A DNA stretch of 64,000 nucleotides from Flavobacteriales bacterium (GTDB taxonomy: Bacteria; Bacteroidota; Bacteroidia; Flavobacteriales; UBA7312). The position numbers were made by a program, and so were the translations under genes. Position 1 is the first letter of the stretch. Each line of letters begins with the position of its first letter. Shown piece by piece: positions 28,637-37,986 of this stretch. Where the stretch lies: assembly GCA_037625715.1 (NCBI GenBank), contig JASJHQ010000035.1, forward strand, positions 64,497-128,496, in the 5' to 3' direction. Under the pieces are notes generated by a model. That model was not told where the DNA came from. It ran no database searches and saw only the letters and a program-made list of their open reading frames with translations.

Positions 28637-30322
28637 ATGTCAGATCAAAAAATAATCTTTTCAATGAATAGGGTAAACAAGTCGTTTGCCTCTAACAATA
28701 AGCAAGTTTTAAAAAATATTAACTTATCTTTTTTCTACGGAGCTAAAATCGGAATTATCGGTTTAAACGGCTCGGGTAAGTCTACTTTATTGAAAATTAT
28801 TGCTGGAATAGACAATTCCTTTCAGGGAGATGTTCATTTTTCAAATGATTATTCGATTGGTTATTTAGAGCAAGAGCCTATAATGGATGAGTCCAAAACT
28901 GTTCTTGAAATAGTTAAAGAAGGAATGCAAGAGGCAGTAGATCTTATTGCAGAATACAATAGTATCAATGATCAATTCGGACTTCCTGAGGTCTATGAAG
29001 ATGCAGATGCTATGGAGAAGTTAATGGATAAACAAGGTAAATTGCAAGATGAGATAGATGCGGTGGGAGCTTGGGATCTAGAAACAAAGCTAAATATCGC
29101 AATGGATGCTTTAAGATGTCCTGATAGCGATAAGTCAGTAAATGTACTTTCTGGGGGAGAGCGAAGAAGGGTTGCTCTTTGCAGATTGCTATTGAAAGAA
29201 CCAGATATTTTATTATTAGATGAACCTACTAACCACCTTGATGCAGAATCAGTTCATTGGTTAGAGCAACATTTACAACAATACAAAGGAACAGTAATAG
29301 CCATAACTCACGATAGGTACTTTTTAGATAATGTGGCGGGTTGGATATTGGAGTTAGATAGAGGAGAGGGAATACCTTGGAAAGGAAATTATTCTTCATG
29401 GTTAGATCAAAAATCAAAAAGATTAGCTGGTGAAGAGAAGCAAGCTAGCAAAAGAAGAAAAACTTTAGAGCGTGAGCTTGATTGGGTAAGAATGAATCCT
29501 AAGGGAAGGCAAGCTAAATCAAAAGCTCGTTTAAATAATTACGAAAAACTTTTAGGAGAAGAAAATAGAGAGCAAGAAGAAAAAATAGAATTATATATTC
29601 CTCCTGGGCCACGTCTAGGAACGAACGTAATAGAAGCAGTAGATGTGTCTAAAGCTTTTGGAGACAAGTTGCTTTATGAAAATTTAAACTTTAAACTTCC
29701 ACCTGCAGGTATTGTAGGAATAGTTGGTCCCAATGGTGCTGGTAAAACTACTTTGTTCCGAATGATAATGGGTCAAGAAACAACCGATTCTGGAAGTTTT
29801 ACTATTGGTGAAACTGTTAAGACTGCTTATGTAGATCAGCAACATGCGAACATTGATTTAGAAAAAACTATCTGGGAACAAGTAACTGGTGGAAACGAAA
29901 TGGTTGAGTTTGGTGGCAAGAAAGTGAATTCACGTTCTTACGTTTCAAAATTTAATTTTCAAGGATCTGATCAAAATAAAAAAGTTGGAGTTCTTTCGGG
30001 TGGAGAGAGAAATAGACTGCATTTAGCCATGACTTTACGAGAAGAGGGTAACGTTCTTTTGTTAGATGAGCCTACTAATGATTTAGATGTTAATACATTA
30101 AGAGCTTTGGAAGAAGGTTTAAATAATTATGGGGGTTGCGCTGTAATTATATCTCACGATAGATGGTTTTTGGATAGGGTTTGTACCCATATATTAGCTT
30201 TTGAAGGTAATTCTCAAGTTTACTTTTTTGAAGGAGGATATAGCGATTACGAGGAGAATAGGAAGAAGAGACTAGGTGATAGTGGACCAACTAGAATTAA
30301 GTACAAAAAACTAGTAAGGTAA
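28637..30322 (+). CDS. ettA: energy-dependent translational throttle protein EttA (ABC-F)
   Basis: 561 aa with two ABC cassettes (GLNGSGKST / LSGGERRRV and GPNGAGKTT / LSGGERNRL) and no TM domain. Confidence 0.92.
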   Translation: MSDQKIIFSMNRVNKSFASNNKQVLKNINLSFFYGAKIGIIGLNGSGKSTLLKIIAGIDNSFQGDVHFSNDYSIGYLEQEPIMDESKTVLEIVKEGMQEAVDLIAEYNSINDQFGLPEVYEDADAMEKLMDKQGKLQDEIDAVGAWDLETKLNIAMDALRCPDSDKSVNVLSGGERRRVALCRLLLKEPDILLLDEPTNHLDAESVHWLEQHLQQYKGTVIAITHDRYFLDNVAGWILELDRGEGIPWKGNYSSWLDQKSKRLAGEEKQASKRRKTLERELDWVRMNPKGRQAKSKARLNNYEKLLGEENREQEEKIELYIPPGPRLGTNVIEAVDVSKAFGDKLLYENLNFKLPPAGIVGIVGPNGAGKTTLFRMIMGQETTDSGSFTIGETVKTAYVDQQHANIDLEKTIWEQVTGGNEMVEFGGKKVNSRSYVSKFNFQGSDQNKKVGVLSGGERNRLHLAMTLREEGNVLLLDEPTNDLDVNTLRALEEGLNNYGGCAVIISHDRWFLDRVCTHILAFEGNSQVYFFEGGYSDYEENRKKRLGDSGPTRIKYKKLVR

Positions 30323-30351
30323 TAACTAGTATAAAATCCTTATATTTGAGT

Positions 30352-31710
30352 ATGAATGACATATTCAAATATTCATTTACTTTTCTAATTTGTTTGATAT
30401 TTCCATTTCTATCTTTTAGTCAATGTGAAGTAATTCTTACAGATACTTTTGTTTGTCATTTCGGCAACAACCTTACTTTGACCCCTGAAATTGAGGGTTC
30501 ATCCATCACTAGTGATTACAGAGTAGACATATTGCCTTTTAATTATGTTGAACATCAGAACTCGAATATGATTGAGCTTCAGGATGATGACATTAGTCAA
30601 GCGATAGATATCGGTTTCGATTTTGAGTTTTATGGTAATAAGTTTACTCAAATTTATATTGGTTCTAATGGTTGGATTAGTTTTGTTCCAAATCAATCTA
30701 TAAACTACTTATCTGCCCCAATTCCATCTTTAGAATTATCTGTTCCAAAAAACGCAATTTTTGCAGCTTGGGAAGATTGGAATCCTGATATAGGTGGCAC
30801 AATTTCTTATGAATTATTTGAAGATGAGGATAGCAGTTATTTTGTTGTTTCTTTCGAAAACTTATCGCATTATTTATGTGGAAGTAATTTTGAAACCCAA
30901 GGTTCTTTTCAAATTGTCTTGAGTCAAGCAGATTATTCGATTAATACAAATATTATAAACAAATCAAGTTGTTTGACAGTGCCTTCCCTTCAAGGTGTTA
31001 TTAATGAAGATGGCAGTAGAGCCGTAGCACTCGAAGGAAGAAATTCTACCATTTGGAGTTCTAATTTTCATTCTTCTAAATTTACTCCTTCCAATAATTC
31101 GTATTTTAATTGGTTAGTGGACGATATTGTTCTTTACCAACAAGATTCTTTTAGTTTAAATTTCTACAGTAATCAGGATGTGGTTTTACAGTATTGGGAT
31201 GATTTAGGCTGTTATTCAGAAGTTGATTTTACAGTTTCTGTTTTGCCCGAATATAATCTTACCATCGAAAGAGTTGGCGATGTTCTTTATAGTTCAATTG
31301 TTGATGAAAATTTTTCCTATCAATGGTTTTTTGAAAATGAAGAACTAGAAGGTGAAACCAATCAATTTACAACATTGAATGAAGAAGGTTATTATTATGT
31401 TCTGCTTCAAAACTTAGAAAATGGTTGTTACTATAATTCTAGAGTTCATTTATATGTTACGGCTAGTATTATAGAAAATGACAATTCACTGATTAAAACA
31501 TTCCCACAGCCTTCTAACGGATCTTTTAGTGTCAATAGTGATAAGGAAGTATCATTGTTGCAAGTGTACGATAATAAAGGCGTTTTGGTTGATGAGATAC
31601 TCAGTCCTTCGGAAAATAGTTTTCAACTGAGTTTAAGTTCTGGAATTTACTTTGCTCATTTCTACATACAAAACAAAAAGTACTTTAGTAGATTAGTTAT
31701 TTCTAACTAA
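30352..31710 (+). CDS. secreted hypothetical protein with T9SS type A C-terminal sorting domain
   Basis: The ORF track starts at TTG 30346, and I prefer ATG 30352 (MNDIFKY). It has a signal peptide. The C-terminal ~80 aa (KTFPQPSNGSFSV...SGIYFAHFYIQNKKYFSRLVISN) matches the Por/T9SS sorting-domain pattern. The N-terminal domains are not recognised. Confidence 0.6.
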   Translation: MNDIFKYSFTFLICLIFPFLSFSQCEVILTDTFVCHFGNNLTLTPEIEGSSITSDYRVDILPFNYVEHQNSNMIELQDDDISQAIDIGFDFEFYGNKFTQIYIGSNGWISFVPNQSINYLSAPIPSLELSVPKNAIFAAWEDWNPDIGGTISYELFEDEDSSYFVVSFENLSHYLCGSNFETQGSFQIVLSQADYSINTNIINKSSCLTVPSLQGVINEDGSRAVALEGRNSTIWSSNFHSSKFTPSNNSYFNWLVDDIVLYQQDSFSLNFYSNQDVVLQYWDDLGCYSEVDFTVSVLPEYNLTIERVGDVLYSSIVDENFSYQWFFENEELEGETNQFTTLNEEGYYYVLLQNLENGCYYNSRVHLYVTASIIENDNSLIKTFPQPSNGSFSVNSDKEVSLLQVYDNKGVLVDEILSPSENSFQLSLSSGIYFAHFYIQNKKYFSRLVISN

Positions 31711-33099
31711 TTTTAAAACTTTCATTTTTAAAGTTTTATATGTTTTCAGTCCAAATAAGTTGCTATCTGTAGTGGCTAGATAGGTCAAGTATATTCCAAT
31801 AGGAAGGAGTAGAAAATTAGAGGCCCACATACCTTCAAAGGAGCTTATATTAGCGCCTTCCTTCGCCATTTTCTCACCCGTTACAGAAACAGTGTGGTAA
31901 ATAATAAAGAAGCCCACAGAAACTATTACGGGCATTCCAAATCCACCTTTCCTGATAATCGAGCCAAGAGGGGCCCCTATTAAAAACAGAACAATACATG
32001 CGAAAGCAAGAGAAAGTTTTCTATGCCATTCTATCTTATGTTTTATAATAATCCCATTTCGGTATTTAAGATCATTTTCATGACTCTCAAGTGTAGATTT
32101 AACTTGTTTAGCTAGCTTAATTGCAGACTTTTCAAACCTTGATTTAGAGTTTGTTTTTCTGTTAATTTTCTCAATATTTGTTATTTGAGAAGAGTCTATA
32201 GATATTTTTTGCGTTAAGTCATTAAAGTATTTCTTAGCTATAAAGGTTTGTTTGCCATTAATGGAATCAATTGCATTGCTTAGCTGATAGTTGGTCATCA
32301 TCGCGTAATGATTTCGATATAAGTTTTTGCTACTTTTTTTCATACCAAAATCAGAAATATCAAACCTTAGTATTTCTTTTTTAAAATGAACTCTTTGAAA
32401 AGGGTGGTTTTTGTTTTTAGAGTTTCGTTTCAGGTAGTGAGGATTGATTTCATGGTAGCTATATCCATTTTCAAGAGCAATTATAAAATACTGTTCATTA
32501 GAAGATAGGTACATTTTCCCTTTTTCAGAAATAATTACTTTATTATTTCCTTCTTTGTCATTATGATCATAAATCATTATTCCTGTTAAATCAATTCCGT
32601 TTTCATCTTTAGAATCGATTTTTATGCTAAATCCTTTTAGTCCATTGTAAAAAACACCTTCCTTAATATTCAGAGCTGGTTTTTGTTTTCTAATATCGTA
32701 TAGTAAGGTTCCGGCTTTTAGATTTGCAATCGGCATTACGTAATTTGAAAATAAAAAAGAGCTTATGCCTAAAAAAACAATTAATATCCCAAGAGGGTAC
32801 ATACATTTTTTAAGTGAAATCCCGGCTGACTTAATTGCTAGTAGCTCGTTTTTCTCACCAATATTTCCAAAGGTCATTATGGATGATAGCAAGATAGATA
32901 TGGGCAGGGCTAAGGGAACAAATCTTGCCGAAGCATAGAATAGTAGTTGAAGTATGGTGTAGGTGTCTAAACCTTTCCCAACAAGGTCGTCAATGTATTT
33001 CCAAAGAAATTGCATCAACAATAAAAATATAGCAATGAAGAATGTAAATATAAATGGGCCTAAAAAAGACTTAATAAAGAATAAATAAAGCTTTTTCAT
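31693..33099 (-). CDS. LptF/LptG family permease (YjgP/YjgQ)
   Basis: 468 aa with three N-terminal TM segments, a large periplasmic loop and three C-terminal TM segments, the pattern typical of the LPS export permease family. Confidence 0.7.
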   Translation of the reverse strand: MKKLYLFFIKSFLGPFIFTFFIAIFLLLMQFLWKYIDDLVGKGLDTYTILQLLFYASARFVPLALPISILLSSIMTFGNIGEKNELLAIKSAGISLKKCMYPLGILIVFLGISSFLFSNYVMPIANLKAGTLLYDIRKQKPALNIKEGVFYNGLKGFSIKIDSKDENGIDLTGIMIYDHNDKEGNNKVIISEKGKMYLSSNEQYFIIALENGYSYHEINPHYLKRNSKNKNHPFQRVHFKKEILRFDISDFGMKKSSKNLYRNHYAMMTNYQLSNAIDSINGKQTFIAKKYFNDLTQKISIDSSQITNIEKINRKTNSKSRFEKSAIKLAKQVKSTLESHENDLKYRNGIIIKHKIEWHRKLSLAFACIVLFLIGAPLGSIIRKGGFGMPVIVSVGFFIIYHTVSVTGEKMAKEGANISSFEGMWASNFLLLPIGIYLTYLATTDSNLFGLKTYKTLKMKVLKLVRNN

Positions 33100-33107
33100 T
33101 TAAAATA

Positions 33108-33485
33108 CTATGAGCCAATAGTACTTTTTAATTTGTCAATTTGAACGTCCCAAAGCTGTTCTGCATCTTCTCTGTCTGATTCGTCATCTGCAAAATCAGT
33201 TATAATTAAAGAAACATCGCTCGTTAATTCATCAATTTGAATTAAAAACTCAAAGTATTCATCTTCAGAAGAGTCTAGCCATTGAAAACGAATAAATGAA
33301 TCTTTCTTTTTATTGATTAATGTAGCTTGTTGTTGGCTTCCTTCCCAGGTGAATGTATAAATACCTTCTCTATTCGAATTAACATCATTTGCAAACCATT
33401 CAGAAAGGCCGCTTAATGTGCTAAGTCTTGCGTACAAAATTTTAATGGAAGATTGAATAGGATATTCTAAAGAGTACTTAATCAT
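33108..33485 (-). CDS. START-like (SRPBCC/AHSA1-type) domain protein
   Basis: 125 aa with LYARLSTLSGLSEWFANDV. Size and pattern fit the small START-like proteins conserved in Flavobacteriia. Called from memory. Confidence 0.5.
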   Translation of the reverse strand: MIKYSLEYPIQSSIKILYARLSTLSGLSEWFANDVNSNREGIYTFTWEGSQQQATLINKKKDSFIRFQWLDSSEDEYFEFLIQIDELTSDVSLIITDFADDESDREDAEQLWDVQIDKLKSTIGS

Positions 33486-33550
33486 TATTCAGGTTGTTGA
33501 AGTTAGCTATAACGCAATTATAAAGAAAATTAAACGATAATTCGTTATAA

Positions 33551-34261
33551 TTAGTATTTATGTATTAAAAAAACTGATGGTTTTTTGTGAAGATCAATTT
33601 TACTATTCTTCCATTCTTTAGCCTTCATTCTTATTATTTTTTCGCTATCCATAGTTAGATTAGTTGCAACTACAATTTCTGTTTCTCCATTGCATACCTG
33701 GCTTAGGTCTTCAATCATGTGATTGTTTCTAAATGGTGTTTCAATAAAGATTTGAGTTTGTTGATTCTTTAAAGATAAATTTTCAAGATTTTGAATTGCC
33801 TTTTTTCTTTCTTGCCTGTCTCTAGGAAGATAGCCGTTAAAGCAAAAGTTTTGACCGTTCATTCCTGAGGCCATTAGTGCAAGTAGGATGGAGGATGGCC
33901 CTACAATTGGCTTTACTTTTATCTTGTTTTTATGTGCAATGCTAACTATGTCTGCTCCAGGATCTGCAACTCCAGGAACTCCGGCTTCAGATAGTAGACC
34001 AACGTTTTCACCTTCTTTTGTGGGTTCTAAAAAAGCAGGTATTTCTTGTGGGTCAGTATGTTTGTTGAGTTCGAAAAATATTAAGTCATCAATTTTCGTT
34101 TCTATTCCGGCCTTAATCAAAAACCTTCTGGCACTTCTAACATTCTCGACGATATAATAATTACAATTATTAATTACTTCTTTGATGTAAGAAGGAATTA
34201 CTTGATTGATTTGTTCTCCACCTAGTGAACATGGTATAAGAAATAAAGTTCCTTTAGACAT
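33551..34261 (-). CDS. SAM-dependent methyltransferase of the tetrapyrrole-methylase fold (RsmI-like paralogue)
   Basis: 236 aa with SEAGVPGVADPGADIV and GPSSILLALMASG motifs, as in RsmI/COG0313 proteins. Confidence 0.65.
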   Translation of the reverse strand: MSKGTLFLIPCSLGGEQINQVIPSYIKEVINNCNYYIVENVRSARRFLIKAGIETKIDDLIFFELNKHTDPQEIPAFLEPTKEGENVGLLSEAGVPGVADPGADIVSIAHKNKIKVKPIVGPSSILLALMASGMNGQNFCFNGYLPRDRQERKKAIQNLENLSLKNQQTQIFIETPFRNNHMIEDLSQVCNGETEIVVATNLTMDSEKIIRMKAKEWKNSKIDLHKKPSVFLIHKY

Positions 34262-34688
34262 CTAGTTTTTTTACAATTAATTGACATTCATTATATATGA
34301 TTTTGAATACTTCTTCAAAACCATCTTCTTTGCCGAAATAAGGGTCAGGCACATCCATTTCGTTGCTTAAAAATAATTTAACTTTTTTTAAGTGTTCCGG
34401 ATTCTGACTTTTCTTTAAAACATTTTTATAATTATCCTTATCCATTGTTAAGATAAGGTCAAAGTTTTCGAAATCATCTGAATTGAATTGTCTTGCTCTC
34501 AATGAATTTAGGTCGAAGCCATGTTCTTTGGCTTTATTTATCATTCGAGTATCTGGCAATGAGTCAATATGGTAGTCAGAAGTTCCTGCTGAGTCAACAA
34601 TAATTTTATCGCTGCTTATAGAATTCAGTATTGCATCGGCAAGTGGAGACCTACAAATATTTCCTAAGCATACCATTAATATTTTCAT
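34254..34688 (-). CDS. low molecular weight protein-tyrosine phosphatase
   Basis: 144 aa with the P-loop VCLGNICRSP (CX5R-S) and a downstream DP motif. Confidence 0.9.
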   Translation of the reverse strand: MKILMVCLGNICRSPLADAILNSISSDKIIVDSAGTSDYHIDSLPDTRMINKAKEHGFDLNSLRARQFNSDDFENFDLILTMDKDNYKNVLKKSQNPEHLKKVKLFLSNEMDVPDPYFGKEDGFEEVFKIIYNECQLIVKKLDV

Positions 34689-34712
34689 GGTAATCGGATT
34701 TAGCTTAGTCTA

Positions 34713-36182
34713 TTAGTTTAGTGTTAGTTTCTTTTCAATATCAGAAACGTAAGCTCTAAATTGTTTGTCGGTATCTTTTAAGTTGTTCACTGTTTTGCAA
34801 GCGTGAAGAACAGTTGCGTGGTCTTTGTTGCCGCAATGAATACCGATATTTGCTAAAGAGTTTTTGGTTAGCTGTTTAGAAAAATACATTGCCAATTGTC
34901 TCGCTTGAACAATTTCTCTTTTTCTAGTTTTCGATTTCATTAATTCAATTGGAATATCGAAATAATCACAAACCACTTTTTGTATGTAGTCAATCGAAAT
35001 TTCTCTTGCGGTATTTTTAACAAATTTGTCAAGCATTTCTTTTGCAAGATCAATAGTGATGTTTTTCTTGTTTAGAGAAGATTGCGCTAGAAGTGAAATC
35101 AATGCACCCTCTAGTTCCCTTACGTTTGTTGTAATGGAGTAGGCGATGTATTCTACAACATCATAAGGCATGTCGATACCATCGTTGTATAATTTCTTTT
35201 TAAGAATAGCAATTCTTGTTTCTAAATCTGGAGACTGTAGGTCAGCCGAAAGACCCCATTTAAATCTTGAAAGCAATCTTTGTTCTACGCCTTGCATGTC
35301 AACAGGAGCTTTATCAGAAGTTAAGATAATTTGCTTTCCGTTTTGATGAAGGTGGTTAAATATGTGGAAAAATGCATCTTGAGTTTTTTCTTTCCCTGCA
35401 AAAAACTGAACATCATCTATAATTAAAACGTCTATAGACTGGTAAAAATGAATAAAGTCATTTTTCTTATTGTCCATTATGGCATCTACAAATTGTGTTT
35501 GGAACTTATCAGCAGAAACATATAAAACTGTTTTCTCTGGAAGATTGTTTTTTACTTCTATTCCTATAGCGTTAGCTAAGTGAGTTTTTCCTAAACCACC
35601 ATTTCCGTAAATGAGTAGTGGGTTGAAAGATGTTCCTCCTGGTTTCTGAGCTACTGCATATCCTGCAGATCGTGCAAGGCGATTGCATTCACCTTCAATG
35701 TAAGATTCGAAGGAGAAGTTAGCGTTTAGCTGAGGATCAACTTGAATTTTTTTAAGACCAGGAATTATAAACGGATTTCTTATCGAAGTCTCGTTTAAAT
35801 TTATTGGCATATGGATAGGGTGGTTTTTGATATTTCCCTTACTGGTGCTTGGTATTTTTGTTGTGTATGGTTTAGAATTGTAATTGTTGTCTACCACAAT
35901 GCTGTACTCAAGCTTGCCTTCTTGACCAAGTTCTTTTTTAACAGTCTTTCTTAGAAGATCAATGTAGTGTTGCTCCAGCCACTCATAGAAGAATTGAGAT
36001 GGAACCTGAATGGTAAGTACACTATTCTTAAGCTTAACAGCCTTGATTGGCTGAAACCAAGTTCTAAATGATTGAGGGCTAACGTTATCTTTAATAACAC
36101 TTAAACAATTGTTCCACACAATCTCAAAAACTTTATCTTCTACCATTTCAATTAATTTAGTGTTGTTCGAATTCGATGACAA
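34713..36182 (-). CDS. dnaA: chromosomal replication initiator protein DnaA
   Basis: 489 aa with the AAA+ Walker A GNGGLGKTHL, box VII, and a C-terminal DNA-binding helix-turn-helix region (IVQARQLAMYF...HATVLHA). Confidence 0.97.
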   Translation of the reverse strand: MSSNSNNTKLIEMVEDKVFEIVWNNCLSVIKDNVSPQSFRTWFQPIKAVKLKNSVLTIQVPSQFFYEWLEQHYIDLLRKTVKKELGQEGKLEYSIVVDNNYNSKPYTTKIPSTSKGNIKNHPIHMPINLNETSIRNPFIIPGLKKIQVDPQLNANFSFESYIEGECNRLARSAGYAVAQKPGGTSFNPLLIYGNGGLGKTHLANAIGIEVKNNLPEKTVLYVSADKFQTQFVDAIMDNKKNDFIHFYQSIDVLIIDDVQFFAGKEKTQDAFFHIFNHLHQNGKQIILTSDKAPVDMQGVEQRLLSRFKWGLSADLQSPDLETRIAILKKKLYNDGIDMPYDVVEYIAYSITTNVRELEGALISLLAQSSLNKKNITIDLAKEMLDKFVKNTAREISIDYIQKVVCDYFDIPIELMKSKTRKREIVQARQLAMYFSKQLTKNSLANIGIHCGNKDHATVLHACKTVNNLKDTDKQFRAYVSDIEKKLTLN

Positions 36183-36308
36183 ATGTGTTCACAAAAAAGT
36201 TAAAAAAAAAATCATTTACCTATTGACTTTTACTTTTTTTTGACAGGTAAAGAAAAAAATTAAAATTAATTAATTTTAATGCTTAAAACATTTTGCAAAA
36301 CTAGCCCT

Positions 36309-37217
36309 TTAGTTCACGTTTAAAATCTTGTTTTTAGTCAAAAAAGAAGATTCAGATTTCGATATAAAGATATCTATTTTCCCCAACTTAATGGCACCAA
36401 ATCCAACTTGATTTATTAAAACATTTTTACCATTTTTGTTCTTTAAATTAATTGGTTTTTTTAAGAATGTATGAGTGTGACCTCCTAGTATAACGTCAAT
36501 ATTAGAAGTCTCTTTAGCAAGAACTTGGTCAGAAACTTTATCTCCTTTGTATTTAAATCCTAAATGAGATAAGCATATAACGATATCACAATTTTTATCG
36601 TGTTTTAAGTACTTAGCCATTTTATTTCCAGCTTCAATTGGGTCTAAGTATTTAACGTTCTTATAAAGCCTTGGATCAACTAAACCCTTAAGTTCAATTC
36701 CAAGTCCGATTACCCCAATTTTAACACCTTCTTTGTGAAATATGGCATGGTTTTTAGTTTTACCTTCTAATATGGTGTTTTTAAAGTCATAATTAGTGCA
36801 AATAAATGGAAAGTTTGTGTGAATAAGTTGTTCTTCAAATCCATTTAACCCATTGTCAAAATCATGGTTACCCATTGTTGAGCAATCGTAACCAATTTTA
36901 CTCATTAATTTAAACTCTAATTCTCCGCCAAATTTATTGAAATAAGGAGTTCCTTGAAAAATATCACCACTATCTAGTAGTAAAACGTTTTTCTCTTCCG
37001 ACTTAATTTTATTAACTAAAGATGATAGCTGAACCAAACCACCTAAACCTTTATTTCTTCCAGACACAAAAGGGTCTATGTGACTATGAATATCATTGGT
37101 GTGAAGAATACTAATCTTTACAATGTCTTTGTTGAAAGAAAATAAATCGAGTGGAACGATAGAGGTTATGGCTATTCCTAAGCCTGCTTTTTTAATAAAA
37201 CTTCTTCTAGAATTCAT
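36309..37217 (-). CDS. metallophosphoesterase, 5'-nucleotidase N-terminal catalytic domain, Tat-signal bearing
   Basis: 302 aa with a twin-arginine signal SRRSFIKKAG. The metallophosphatase motifs HTNDIHS, DSGDIFQG, GNHDFD and GGHTH are present. Confidence 0.85.
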   Translation of the reverse strand: MNSRRSFIKKAGLGIAITSIVPLDLFSFNKDIVKISILHTNDIHSHIDPFVSGRNKGLGGLVQLSSLVNKIKSEEKNVLLLDSGDIFQGTPYFNKFGGELEFKLMSKIGYDCSTMGNHDFDNGLNGFEEQLIHTNFPFICTNYDFKNTILEGKTKNHAIFHKEGVKIGVIGLGIELKGLVDPRLYKNVKYLDPIEAGNKMAKYLKHDKNCDIVICLSHLGFKYKGDKVSDQVLAKETSNIDVILGGHTHTFLKKPINLKNKNGKNVLINQVGFGAIKLGKIDIFISKSESSFLTKNKILNVN

Positions 37218-37881
37218 AGTTTAAAATTAAGTTTCTATTGTCGAGTTTAGAATCAATCGTATCTGTCTGATTACAATAATTAATTAATGCGTCACGCATT
37301 TTTAAGTTAGTGGATGTGTATTCTTTATTTTTATAAAAAATCATTTTATCACCGCCATTAGCTAGGTAGTCTGTAGTAAGAATACTAAAAATAGAGTCAC
37401 CTAAGTTAAAATCATTGCTGAAGCTAATTGGTTGGCCGCCTGTTTTTTTATAATACTCAGCTAAAAGTTGGAAATCTTTTTTATTTAAATCAACAACCAC
37501 TAACTCATTTTCGAATGGCATTAGTTTAAACATATCTCCCTTTGTAACATTGCCTTTACTTAAAGACGATCTCAAGCCACCATTATTAAACATAGCTACA
37601 TCAATTTCTCTTTCGTAAATTTGTTGTGCTATCTCTAGACAAACATCAGCTGTCCAATTTCCAAGAAGACTTTCTGGCTGTCCTTTTTTTAAATCTTGTT
37701 TAGAATAAGCTAGAACCTCATTCATTTCATTGTCAATCTTGATTTTATATGGCTTTGCAATATTGTAAAATATAGAATCAATTGGATGTGAAACATCCAT
37801 GGAAGATCCACTTATTGATATAATATCCTCTTCAGGGCTCAATAAAAGTGTTAAGGCTAGTAATAAATATATAAAATGCAT
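37207..37881 (-). CDS. 5'-nucleotidase C-terminal (substrate-binding) domain protein
   Basis: The ORF track starts at 37920. I prefer ATG 37881 (MHFIYLLLALTLLL), which gives a clean signal peptide. NGGLRSSL and DYLANGGD are typical of the 5'-nucleotidase C-terminal domain. Confidence 0.7.
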   Translation of the reverse strand: MHFIYLLLALTLLLSPEEDIISISGSSMDVSHPIDSIFYNIAKPYKIKIDNEMNEVLAYSKQDLKKGQPESLLGNWTADVCLEIAQQIYEREIDVAMFNNGGLRSSLSKGNVTKGDMFKLMPFENELVVVDLNKKDFQLLAEYYKKTGGQPISFSNDFNLGDSIFSILTTDYLANGGDKMIFYKNKEYTSTNLKMRDALINYCNQTDTIDSKLDNRNLILNYEF

Positions 37882-37986
37882 GTCACAAACATACAAATAA
37901 GAATAATTAAACTTAATCAAATAGTAACATTCTCTTTCATTTTTTTGATTACATTTATTCTATTATTAATTTAAACTATTTGTACC

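Noticed and set aside
30346-30351. TTG start used by the ORF track for the T9SS cargo gene
   Set aside because: An ATG two codons downstream gives the same protein with a conventional start. The TTG start is not excluded but is less likely.
36183-36308. Inverted repeat tttacct...aggtaaa in the dnaA upstream region
   Set aside because: It has only 7 bp of A/T-rich pairing with a ~23-nt loop, which is too weak to call a regulatory hairpin or a DnaA-trio/DUE element by eye.
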